Source of the DNA: Lama glama
Lineage: Eukaryota
Assembly (NCBI GenBank): GCA_028534125.1
Contig: CM052816.1
Location: forward strand, 82,710,001-82,774,000
Direction of reading: 5' to 3'
Length of the DNA: 64,000 nt
Position 1 is the first letter of the stretch, and the number at the start of each line of letters is the position of its first letter. Position numbers and translations under genes: made by a program. Below, piece after piece: positions 13,248 to 25,700 of this stretch. The notes beneath the pieces are model-generated. The model ran no database searches. It saw only the letters and a list, made by a program, of their open reading frames with translations, and had not been told where the DNA came from.

Positions 13248-13329
13248 ATAGATTAAAAAACAGACAGACAGATAAATAATAAGTAGATAGAGGGACAGGC
13301 AAAGCCCAGTGAGGGAAAGAGAAGTAGGA

Positions 13330-13840
13330 GTAGACAATTCAAGGAGAGGTAATTTATCACAGAAAATTGTCTACAAAGTTGTAGAAAGATAGAAGAAAAG
13401 AAAGGAAAGGGATAGAGTGGACCAGGGTGGGGTCTGGAAAGGTAGACAGAAAGAAAAGATGACTCACAGCGATGAGAAAATGCTCATGCTCCTGTGACAG
13501 GGGCTGCAGAGCTGTGTCTACAGCTGTACAATAGGAGATGTTATTTCAGGAGGTTATGGATGCACTGAAGAGGTGCTGCTTCAGCCAAAGCTAAGAAGCA
13601 TCAGAAAGGCATGTGCCTACTCCTTCCTTCTTTGTCCCCAAAATTGTGGTGTCAGCCAACTCCAATACTGGAGGCAATTGTCACATGTCAGAACTGGACG
13701 AAAGTATCCCCTCTCTTCCTTTTCCCCTGTGATCTCCTGCCACTGCTTCTTGTTGTCACGAGTTACTCAGAAGCCATTAGTCAGGAAACAGAGTAGAATA
13801 AGGGCAGATGTGGTGCTAAAGGACAATAGGTAAACAACAG
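13330..13840 (-). mobile_element. ERVL LTR (LTR41/LTR33 group)
   Basis: 'gatctcctgccactgcttcttgttg...cagaagcca...agagtagaataagggcagatgtggtgctaaaggacaataggtaaacaac' matches the recalled antisense LTR41-like 5' end. Confidence 0.55.
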
Positions 13841-15299
13841 AAAGACAGATGAACGGATATAAGATAAGGAGGAGAGATGTAGGGAGACAAGGCAGAAAGG
13901 CAGGAAAGGAGGAAAGCAGGAAATAAGAAGGAAGAGAAGAAGGGAAGGAAAATAAAGCTTTAAGACATATACATCAAGAGTGTGAAGTGATTATCTTTGG
14001 ATCTTCATACAAGGGTGCTTTTTATATTTTTTCAGTGAGAAAAAGAAAAAAATACATTGAATTTTAAATAGATCACTACACTTTCTTTGAGGTGACCTAG
14101 CTTGCAGTTCTGACCTTGCCCTAAAGTCTACAATCCTAAGTAATTGTCTGATGCTATCAGCTACTTAATTTTCTTCCTACAGGACATATAAATATGAAAG
14201 TCATATAAACATGAAATTCTATGTAATTTTGAATGTAACTATAATGCCATGCATTCACCATCTGTTTCTTTGAAGAGACTCTATTTTGTCAAAACTCATG
14301 GAAGTAAGAAGGGTAAGTCGTCTATGAAAGATAAGTTTCAGTGTTCCTCTGTAGAAAAAGTTCGTAGCAGAGTACTACACTACATTTTTATCACAGTTAA
14401 AAAATAAAATTAAGGTTACAAACACAGAATTCCTATACACAGAAATACACAGAACAGAGATATTCAATATTCGTTCTGGATAAAACTATTATTAAGAGTA
14501 TTTGCTAATTTAAGTTAATGTATATTAAATACCTCTCTTTCTATATGTATATATCCCCATAATTATGACCTGATTTTTTTAAACCCATCAATTTCTTGAA
14601 AATCAAATATATACATTGCCTTAAATTCTATTGTTTTCTAAGTATTATTTTCTATAAGAGAGCTTTTGAAGATTAAGTTTTTGTTTTTGATGCAAAAGGA
14701 AGCACAAGCCTATAGTTATGCAAAATATTTGAGTCACTCTTCATTCCATTACTTAAAGTCATGCTGTTTATATTTATGTATACTTCTCCAAAATGTCAGA
14801 AAGTCAAAAAAAAATGCATTCAGCTACTTGACATTAACATTCTAAAATCTCTTCTTAGTGTCTGCCATACAAAAATAAACTTAAAAAGTAACATTCTAGC
14901 AAGTAAGAAGAATGTATCATTACCTATTGCATTACCTATCCTTGTCCTCCAATTGTTGTTTAATTTTTACTCACCTTAAACAAAACTAATGTTTTGGAAA
15001 CATGTTTCTCATGCTTTAAACAATCTATGTATGATGTACAGAATTTCTGTGAAAAAGATTTTACTTAGTGAAATAATGTAAAAATGGTTAAGTTGTGAAA
15101 TGTTATTTCAATAAATTCACAGGACAAACTTTGATATATGGAAAAAAAAGGTCGCCAAGAGGTTCTAAGTTTTGAAATTTATGCCAATATAAATAAAGAC
15201 AATATAATATAATTTTATTTTAAACCCATATGTATATTGATTATTTGTTATGATATGTTCCATTATTGTATATTTAATGGTAATTTGCTTTATGTTATA

Positions 15300-15760
15300 T
15301 TTTTAGTTTTATTGAAATAAAATTCACAAATAAAATACATTTTAAGTGAACAATGTGATGATTATCACATGTGCACTTTGTGAAATGGTTACTACAATAA
15401 AGTTAACTAATACATCCATCACCTCACATAGTTACCATTTTTGTGTGTGTGTGGTGTATACTCTCTTAGCAAATTTTAAATACACAAAACATTATTAATG
15501 ATCATCACCATGCTGTGTATTAGATACCACCCTTTATTCATCCTATAACTGAAGCCTTGTACCCTATGACCAGCATTTCCCCATTTCCCACATCCCCTAG
15601 CCCCTGGCAACTGATTTTTGTTTCTGTAAGTTTAACCTAGATTCCATATATAAGATGTTACATTTGTTCAGCTAATTTTATTCAGCATAATATCCTTCAG
15701 TTTCACCCACGTTATTGCAAATGGCAGGATTTTCTTCTTTCCCATGGCTGGGTAATAGTC

Positions 15761-15814
<54 letters not shown>

Positions 15815-16660
15815 ATATATGTATGTGTATATATATATAAAATATAATATAAATATAACATTTTCTTTATCCATTCATCTGTCTGATTTCATTGAATTAT
15901 CGTTCTAAATTTTCTTGTAGCTGATAGAACTTCCTTAAAACAACTATTTTGAATGATTTAAGGAGCAAGTTGCAGCTCTCCATTTCTTTGAGGTCAGTTA
16001 CTGGAAAATTATTGTGTTCCTTTGGTGGTGTCATATTTCCATGATTTTTCACTTTCCGTGAAATCTTTCACTGCTGTCGTGACATTTGAATAAGCAGTCT
16101 CCTTCTGTCTCTCCTGACTGGTTTGGGGGAGAAGTACCTCTGTCAGCCCTGTCAGGCACCCTGAAGCTTTCTCAGACCTCTTCTAGGGATAGCCTTGCTC
16201 CACACGTGTTGTTCCCTCGTTGGAGGGGGAGTCCTGGGAGGCTGTGTGCTGTTGTTCTCCCAGCCCCTCCCTGACCGACCCTAGTCATGCAGTGGCAACC
16301 TCAGTGTCCTGGGTGGGGCGAGGGAGCAGCGGGCCTCTTCTGCAGCATGTCCCACACCTGCAGAGGCCAGGGGCTCACTCACAGGCTCTCACTCTCCCGT
16401 GAGAGGAATCACAGGCCAAGAAGGTCTCTCTTGGCGCTGAGCTTCTCCGCTTGGGTGATGTGGATAAAGTGAAACTGTTCCTCTGACCCTCAAATCATCT
16501 AATCTCAGATTTTTTTTCTCCGGTGGTGAGCTGGAATTTCTCTGCTAGACTCTAGGACTTCTGCAAAGGCATTCCCATCCTGAGAGATTGTACAAGTGGC
16601 TGTTTTTGTGGGGAAGATGGTAGAAAATGCCTATTCTGCTGTACCGCTGACGTCACTCCT
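15300..16660 (-). mobile_element. L1 (L1MA-like) retaining 5' end and 3' end, with a large internal deletion
   Basis: 15300-15882 is the L1MA-type 3'UTR and ORF2 end; 15883-16660 is the ORF1 start and 5'UTR, ending in revcomp GGAGTGACGTCAGC..., which resembles an L1 5' terminus. Confidence 0.75.
15760..15839. repeat. Compound (AT)10(GT)13 + mixed AT/GT microsatellite
   Basis: Read directly; 80 bp of uninterrupted purine-pyrimidine alternation. Confidence 0.95.
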
Positions 16661-18561
16661 CAGTGATGCTCTTTCAGATTACACTTCCCAATCTCTCTCC
16701 GACTTGTCCAGTTTGTAATTATAACTAAGGTTGGATTAGGAGAGTGTGTATAAGTGTTTTTATTATTGTTATTGTTGATTCTCATTTTATTTCTTTAATT
16801 TATAGATAAAATAAAAACAACAATAAAAGTAACAAGCATGATGACTTACACGTCTAATGTTAAATGTTTAAAAAATGTTATTCCATATTCAGCTTGGGGA
16901 AAAAGGAGGAGGAGAATGAAAGAAAGAGACAAACAGAGAATTTTACTTTTGTTCTAACCAAAAAGGAAAACAAAAAATCAATGGTGTAGGATATTGCTTT
17001 TTTCTGTTACACTTGCATATATATGTTAGTCTGGTAAATACTGCTGTATTTTATTGTGGCATATGGTAGGATGGAAGAGAATTTATTCTGTTTTTACATT
17101 GTCTGGTCATATTCAACTAAACTCAAAGAAAATCTCCTTTGAGCTACTTTGTTGCTTTGTTACTGCTGTCTGCTTGAAGTTTCCACCGCCCACTGCTTGA
17201 CGGTCAAAGACAATAGCCCTGATCTGGAGCCAGAAGACGTTCTTATTGCTCACATGGACCTCTGAACAGGAAGCTTCATCTTTATCTATGTGGGTTCTTA
17301 GAAATCTACTCCCAGCAATAGCAACCTGCTGACTACAGAGTGAATTTACACCGAATGCTGACATACCAGGAAATATAACTAGATCTCAGAGGCAATATCC
17401 ACAGACCTATAAAGGAAACACATGAGGCTGGAATTCAAAGTGCTTGCACTCACCCACAGCTCTGGGCATTTATAAGACCCATAGATCATAACACTTAATG
17501 ATACAATCTTGAGAGCTTAATGTCAGTACTGATAGACAGAAAGAGTCCATGTTGATAATGGCAATGTAGAAATAGAGAGTAAAATCTCTTGTTTATTCCC
17601 CTGACTCTTTGTGGATCATTACAATGGTTCTTTGGAGGCACATATCATATTTATGCATTCCCCAATTATATTTAAACTAAACCGTGGCTTTTCTCTATAT
17701 TTAGTAAGTGTATAGAAGAATAATTGAAAATGATGGTCTTTATTTTCATAGAGAAAGGTGCACACAGAATTATTGATTTTCCCATGAATGTGAAATTGTC
17801 TAATAAGCTCTGGCGATACATAGCACGGCACACATGTTTTCTTCATGTACAAGTCATTCTCTTTTTCAAGGAAAAATGATATTGGATTGTTTAATTTCTT
17901 ATTGGCTTAGTCCTGCACAAATAAGCTGAGAACATCTGATCTACTGAGAACCAGTATGATGCTATGTAGGCCCAGAGATGTTCCTTTAAGGAGTCTGTAG
18001 CTCAGCATAGACACGTTCAGAAAATGGATATTAGGGACTCAACAAAATTCGAGTTCACACCTTTCTGTAGGCTTAGTACTCTTTTAAAACAATGAAACAA
18101 AACTTTTAGAACATCATGCTCTGCCTGCAGACCATTCTAGGATTATTTGGTAATATTTATATATTAACCACATTGTTTCAGTTTTCTGCTTATGAGGTCT
18201 TATATCTTTGTTTTCTATGCCTGAGCAGATCTCAACCCCACTTTTTTCCACAATGTGTGTGGAAGATCTTTATCAGAAGGTGATACTGATTCTGACTCCT
18301 TTTATTTCTCTTAGGGCAGGTATGATAGGCCATGGTGAGATTTGCTCATGCCTCCATTACTGCATTTGAGGCTATTAAAATGGACATGTCCTGCTGAGTT
18401 TTTTAATAGCATCTTTCATGGCAAGGAAACACATTTGTGGACAAATGGTCTCACAGAAACCTTGTAAATATTACTAATTAAGGGAAATTTGCTTTCAGAC
18501 CTTGATGTGCTTGAATTAAAACACTGCCACAAACTGATTTTTTTTCTATCATTGTTTTCCT

Positions 18562-18628
18562 AAAAAAAAAAAAAAGAAAGAAAGAAAGGCAGGAAGAAAG
18601 AAAGATAAGAAGAAAGAGAAAGAAAGAT
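18562..18628. repeat. Poly-A/(GAAA)n low-complexity tract
   Basis: Read directly. Confidence 0.9.
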
Positions 18629-19369
18629 TAAAAGTGGGGTAAGGATTAAAGGGCTTGCAGGACTATAAAATGGCAAATGACAAAGTTTACTGTTACACTG
18701 GGTAGCATGAACTAAAGGAGCATATCAGTTCAGTTGAGCTAAGTTAGTGTGTTTTGACAGATTTAATATTTCAGGTCAATATATTGGACCATGAGATCTG
18801 AGTATCCATCTAAAAGCTGTAAGGCAGCCAAAAGTTATATCAACTTTGCTGGTGATATTTCATTGTTATTTGAGCAGAACAATTACAAGGTTACAAAGAT
18901 AAATTACTAGAATTCTTATATTAAACTCTTCTCTGTTTGGCCTTGTGGCATGTACTTTTTATTTGTGTGCTATGGTTTCTTTCCTCAGGAACCCTACAAA
19001 GGGGTACCAATGAGCTTGACAGAAGGTGATGGTAATCTACTCCAACAAATCTCCCTAGCAGTGATGGGGATGGCTTGGAGTTTTCTGAGTGTAGTGTTGA
19101 CATAGACATCAATAAAATCAGATATACCAAATTTCTTGTTGCATTCTCAAGCAGATGAAATAAAAAGATGGGGTCTGGCACTCATCTTGTATTTACTTGA
19201 ATCAATATCTTACTAAGAAGCTTCCATACATTTGTTACTTAATTTAGGTATGATTGTGATTAAGTTATAATCAACTGATACAGAGTCTCCCAAGGGTTGA
19301 GAATATCTGATGCATGAAAAAGAACAAACATCTATGAATTTCTATTGATCTTAGCAAATGTCCTTAGTA

Positions 19370-19440
19370 CATTCTATAAGAGAAGAAATTGAAACTCAGA
19401 GAGTCTAAGTAACTTTCTCTAGGTTGTATTGCTAATGCTA
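19370..19440 (-). mobile_element. MIR core fragment
   Basis: 'agaagaaattgaaactcagagagtctaagtaactt' is the MIR core. Confidence 0.55.
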
Positions 19441-20544
19441 CTGTTTATGGCTATAATTTTCAATAATTGTAGCTAATTATTAAATTCAATAATCATTCTA
19501 ATTAGATAGGCACTTTTATGTACTGTTCTTGTGAGATAGTGGGGAGATATGATTATTTTGTTTTAGAATGCGAAAAACTTTGCTTTTTAATTTATTTTCC
19601 TTTTGCGGATAAGATGATAATAGGATTCTGTTCTGAAAGATTCTATGGTCTAGAGATTTATAATGAAGATATATTTACATTAATGTGGCCATCTATCAAG
19701 CAGTAAGTCGTTCATGGTGATGCTCATCAGGTAGTGTGCAAGCATGGCTAACATATGACCTGTTTTCTATCATGCAGCACATTGACAGAATCATCTGGAA
19801 AAATAAATTCAGAGTCTAAAAATTTGGTTAGAAGAGAGAGAGAGCGTTACAGTACATGACAGATTGGCACTTTGGTTCAAGCAGGAGATTGATTGACCTA
19901 TAGATTTTGCTCAAAACGTTAATGTACAATGCTGCAGGCAGAGAGAAGCATTAAGTTATCAAGATGGATAGGCAGGGAGTACTTATTTTCCTTGGTCCTA
20001 CTTTCTTCAAGATAAATGTAGTAGTGGAGAGGCAAAAAGAACAGTGGGCATTGAGCAGTTCCAGAAAGTTGAATTTGTCAACCTTTAGCTAACAACATAC
20101 AGGGAGACTTCTTAAACCCTTTTCTTTTCTCTGCACCCAAAAATACAGTCTATGCTAACTTTATTAGCATTGTTTTTTCTTATAGCATAGATAATTGACT
20201 GATTTTTAAAAACATACTCCTATCTCCATCACTATTTAATATTTGGTTAGTTCTCCTTCCATTATAACCAGTTAACAGTTTTTAAAAAAATTGTTTGACT
20301 CTATCAGGGACAGTCCGTGATTACTTGGACTCAAATTCAGTGGTCAGTAAATTCTACCCAGATTTAGGGTTATTTTGAGAATATCTCAGTAAATACAACA
20401 TTAATATATTTATAACTATATTAACTAAGTTGTTGAATTAAATATATTCATATAAATTATGTAAAAGTATTTAAATATAAATCACTATCTACTAGAGACT
20501 AGATCTGGTGTCATATTTCCTCTACAAACACCTTGGTCTTTTCT

Positions 20545-21407
20545 CAGTTATCCATTGTCACATCAATGCTGAATATCAAAGCACTCTGAACTGAGTGGCT
20601 TAAAACAACTGATTGAAATTCTTGCTCATGAGTCTATGGATAATCTAGAGTTTCTCCTGGTCTAATTTGAGCTCGTTCATATATTAGCAGTCAGCTAGAA
20701 GTCAGGTAGGTCAGAAGTGCATTACCTGTCTCAGTTGGCTAAAATAAGGGTGTTGACGGGGTTGTATTTCTGAATTTTTTAGGGGAAGGTTTGCTTGCTC
20801 TCCTAAAGGGGAAAGTTTCCCTTACTCATTCAGATTATTGCAAAATTCAGTTCATTGTGATTATAGAATCAAGACTCCCATTTTCTTACAAACTGTTTGA
20901 TAATGGCTTTTCCCAGCTTCTAGAAACCATGCACATTCTTTGGCTTCTGGCTCCTTTTTTCTTCATTTTCAAAGCCATTAATAGCAAGTCAAGTTCTCTC
21001 ACATCACATCTCTCTGACACAGTCAAAGATGTTTCTCTGCTTTAAAGGATCTATGTGATTAGATTGGGTGACACCCAGATAATCCAGGAAAATTTCTTCA
21101 AAATCCCTAACCATAATCGTATCTACAAAGTCCCCTTTGCCATATAGGGTAACATAGTTCACAGAATCACAGTTTCTATGATTATGTCTCCTGCTACTAA
21201 CCCTGAGTCTCCTGTCTCCCTCTTATAAGAACGCTTGTGATTACACTGATTCTACCTGGATAACCCAAGATAATCTCTTAAATCTCTAAAATTTTTCACT
21301 TAATCGCATCTGCAAAATCCTTTTTTAACCACAGAAGGTAACACATTCACACATTTTGGGAATTAAGGTGCGAATATTTTGGGGGAGTCATTGTTCTGTC
21401 TACTGCA
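20545..21407 (-). mobile_element. Three abutting MaLR LTR fragments (MLT1G/H/J-like 20545-20710; MLT1E-like 20710-21185; MLT1D-like 21186-21407)
   Basis: 'agtggcttaaaacaac...ttgctcatgagtct'; 'ctcattcagattattgcaaaattcagttc'; two copies of the MLT1 5' block 'gtgatta...gataa(t/c)c(c)a(g/a)ga...atct(a/g)caaa...ggtaaca'. Confidence 0.7.
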
Positions 21408-21439
21408 TCTTCCTAGAGAACAAACTCTTTCTTCATAAT

Positions 21440-24400
21440 GCATTAATGGTTTTGCTAAAGTATTTTATTTGGGATTTTGCATCTGTGTTTCATGAGAGCA
21501 TTGGTGTAAATTTTCTTTCCTGTAATGTCTTTTCAGACATGTTATCAGAATTAAACTGATCTCATAAAAGGAGTTGATTGAAGTCTCTTTTTCTATGCTC
21601 TGGAAGAGTCTTTTGTAAAATGTGTGCAATTTCTTCTCTAAATGTTTAGTAGAATTCAAGTATTTCACTAAAAATTCATATGATCATTTTAAAATGCAAA
21701 TCTAATTTAACTAAAAAAATTATTGAAAAATTTTTGGTCAGTTTTAATAAATTGTGCTTTTATGGGGACTTAATCTAAATATTCAAATTAGTTGACATTT
21801 TATATTTCAAACAATTTTCTTATTTTTGTAGTTTTGGTCTAAATGGCTTCTTTATCATTCTTGGTATTGGTTGTATTTTTTTTCTTCTTTAATTTTGTCC
21901 AATAAGATCTAATGAATTAATTAATTTATAAAACACCAACTTTCCATTTGTTTATTTGCTAGATTTAATATTTGTTTTCTACTTAATTTTTAACATATCT
22001 ATTATTGTTTCAACTTTTTTTGGTTTGATGTGCTATTTTTATTTTGCTTTGAAACATTCACACCCAGATGATTTTTTTTTTAAATCAGTTTGGAGAAGAT
22101 GCTATGATTTAAATCCTTTGAAATTCGTTAAGACTTGTTTCACAGCTCAATATATGGTTAATTTTGGTAATTTTCCTATTCCCATTAAAAGTTAAAGTAT
22201 CTTCTTGTTTGGGGGTGTGGTTCTCTATATACACCAATTAGTGCAAGTTTTCTATTCATGCTGTTCACTTTTTCTAACTACTTACTGATTTTTGATAGTC
22301 TTATTCTATCATTTACTATATAATGTGTTTAAATGCTTTTTTCTGGTTATGGATTTGTCTATTTAAGTTTTTATTTCTGTTAATTTTCCCTTTTATATAA
22401 TATGACATTATCTAAATTAAAATCATTTTATCCTTCTAGAGGATTGCCACTTTTATCATTAGACATGTTCCTCTTTAACTAATTACGCTTCTCCTCTACA
22501 CCATTTTTATTTAGAAAATGTAAAAATGTAGGGAGCACTCATGTAAGCAATGAAAGCAACTTAGTGTTTTATTTCCTATGCTGAATTCATGCTCATAGAT
22601 TGGTATAGTAAAGCAGATTTTTAACCAGTAACACCTTTGTAACATTTATGTTAATTATTAATCCTTTTTCCTCTTTGCCTCTGCTGCAGATATTTAGCTG
22701 TTGGAAACTAAAGAGACCACAATCTGGTTTTCAGCTTAAATTTATCTAGGTGAGAGAGAACATAGGATATCCCGGACATCCAAGTCTTTTGCATTCTTAA
22801 AAAAATAATCCATCACATTGCTGAAAATCACATACCTGGTATAGCATGAAGCACCCCCTTAAATCTAATTCTTCCTGGCCCCTAATCTTATTTATATCCT
22901 CCAAACACTTTTGTTCCCTTTGTGTATTTGTTTGTTCCTTTCTTTTGAGAGGCTAGATTGTTGGATAAACATAAGGGAAGGGGTGTTGTGACCTGTATTT
23001 GACAGTGGGTGTGCGTGGTTACTAGTTGGATTAGATATGCTAAGTCCTAAATGACTGAGACATATAATTGGATAATTTCCATTAAAAGAAAGTTTATTTT
23101 TTAGAGTCATGGTGGCTAGACTCAATTCTGCCTCTCAGATTTCAAACGAGACATGTTTTCTTTTCTTTTCTTTTCTTTTTTCCTTTTCAGTTTTGACCCT
23201 CTTCACTTATTTTTCCCAGCCCCAACCCCTCACATCTGGGAACTGCCAGTCTGTTCTCTGTATCTAAGAGCTTGTTTTTGTTTGTTTGTTTTAGATTCCA
23301 CATATAAGAGAAATCATGCAGCATTTGTCTTATTCTGTCTGACTTATCTGACTAGCACAATGCCTTCAAGGTCCATCCATGTTGTAATAAACATGGGGGT
23401 GTGTATATTTTTTTGAGTCAGTGTTTTCGTTTTCTTTAAATAAGTAAACAGAAGTGGAATTACTAGATCATATGGTTGTTCTATTCTTATTTTTTTGAGG
23501 AAACTCCACAATATTTTCCATAGCGGCTGCACCAATTTACATTCCCACCAGCTATGTATAAGTGTTCCCTTTTCTCCACATTCTTGCCAACACTTATTAC
23601 TTCTTGTCTTTTTGATAATACTCATTTTAATAGGTGTGAGGTGCTGTCTCATTGCAGTTTTGGTATGCATTTCCCTGATTAATGATGTTGAGGATGTTTT
23701 CATGTACCTGTTGGCCATGACTTTTGAAAAAAATATTCAGCTTTTCTACCCATTTTAAATCAGACTTCTTGGTGGGTTTTGTTTGTTTGTTTGTTTGTTT
23801 TTTATTTCTAGAGGGGTGTATAACTTCTTTATATATTTTGGATATAAGACTCTTATGAGTGATGAGATTCTCAAATATTTTTTCCCATTTAGTATGTTGC
23901 CTTTTCATTTTGTTACTGGTTTCTTTTGCTATATGGAAGCATTTTAGTATGATGATGTCCCACTTATTTATTTTTGCCTTTGTTGCTTTTGCTTTTGGTG
24001 TCAGATTCAACACTCATGTTAAGGAGTTTACCACCTGTGGTTTCTTTTAGGAATTTTATGATTTCAGGTCTTACATTCAAGACTTTAATCCACTTTGAGT
24101 TAGTTTCCATAAATGGTGTAATACAGGGGTGCAGTATCATTCCCTTGAGTATGGCTTTCCAGTTTTCCCAATACCATTCACTGAAGAGATTCTCTTTTCC
24201 CCATTGTATACTCTCATCATCTTTGTCATAAACTAATTCATTATATATGTGTGAGTTTATTTCTGGGCTCTCTATTCTGTTCTACTGATCTGTATATTTT
24301 TAATGCCAATACCATACTGTTTTAATTACCATAGCTTTGTAGTATACTTTGAAGTCTGGGAGCATGATGACTCCAGCTATGTTCTTCATTCTCAAGATTG

Positions 24401-25700
24401 CTTTATCTTTTCAAGGTTTTTTTTTATGGTTCCACACAAATTCTAGCATCATTTGTTCTATTTCTTTGAAAAATCCCACTGGAATTTTGAGAATAATGCT
24501 TCCTAAAGTCTAATATTTTGTCTAATACTACTATAGGTAGATAAGTTTCCTTTGGGCTAAAGTTTGTGTAGTGTATCATATCTATTCTTTCATTTTTAAC
24601 ATTTTTCTATCATTATTATAAAAACTGTATATCTTTCAAGTGGCATATATCACTTATTTATATTTAATTAGAATATTTTGTCCATTAATATTTATTGTAA
24701 CAATGAATATATTTCTATTTATTTATATAGTCATATTCTTCTTACCTATTTATTACACTTAATGTTCCCTTTTCTCCTTTCTTGACATTTTGATTATATT
24801 TTTAGAATTTAATTCTCTTGCTTTTAGTTTGTTGCTTTTATGTTCTCTTAGTACTATTTTAGTTGCTTCCTTAGAAATGACAGATCTGTTCATGACTATT
24901 AAAATGCATTATAAATAAGAATTTTTCTCTTCTTTTTGCTCAATTTAATCTCTCTGTCTTAAGTTCTCTTAAGTGGTAAAAAAATTTATTGAATTTGTAA
25001 TCTCACAATATATTAAGTCACAGTCTCACAACAATATATCATAATAATAATCTTACTAATAGTACGATTGCTTTACATTTGCATGGTTGTTTGACACTTC
25101 CCTTTTTTCTTTCTTTTTAAAAGACTATTTTCTGTATCTCTGCTTCCATTTGCTATTACTTTTTTTTTTTTTTTGGTGAGGAAACATGCACTGCTATTTT
25201 CTGAGTTTGTCTGAAGATACTTTTATTTTCATTTTCTAAGAGTTTTCCACTGGATTTATCATTCTAGATTGGCAAGATGTCATTTCTTTATCTTCTACAT
25301 TTATATACTTAAACATTTTTTTGAGAAGTTAGTTTTCAGTAACATCATTTATTTTTGACAGTAATAATCCCTCACCATTTCCTGAGTTCATGTCAGATTT
25401 TCTTTTTGTCTGGTTTTTAATGGTTTAACTATGATGTACCATGGTGAGAATTTTACTTCTTTTTTTTTTTAATAAAATAAAATGTATCCCTGGAGATTTT
25501 GGAACTTCTTAAATATTTATCTTGATGACTTTTAAAATACTGCTTCTGTCTCATTACGTTTCACCTAACTGAGAATAGAAATATTTATATACTTATTTTA
25601 CTATTCTTTGTCAATATTTCTCATAGTTTGTCTTAATTTCCTGACTATAAATAAAGTGTTTTAAAGACTATACATGATAAGCACAATATCTGCTGCTGCT
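21440..25700 (-). mobile_element. Ancient L1 (L1ME-like) ORF2/ORF1 remnants, split by the insertion at 22492-24491
   Basis: T-rich antisense L1 motifs 'tttgctaaagtattttattt...gcatctgtgtttcatgagagcattggt'; sequence before 22491 continues colinearly after 24492. Confidence 0.7.
23155..24491 (-). mobile_element. 5'-truncated younger L1 (ORF2 C-terminus, 3'UTR, degenerate A-tail)
   Basis: ORFs 23344..23718 ([26 protein letters not shown]) and 23627..24013 (TPKAKATKAKINKWD) are frameshifted L1 ORF2; (TTTTC)n tail at about 23155-23187. Confidence 0.92.

Noticed and set aside
17113..17364. 83-aa ORF in unique, moderately GC-rich DNA
   Set aside because: No recognisable homology or convincing splice context; the DNA may be regulatory but I have no specific evidence.
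23344..24013. Functional protein-coding ORFs
   Set aside because: Frameshifted L1 ORF2 C-terminal remnants in a 5'-truncated copy; the same applies to 48656..49009.
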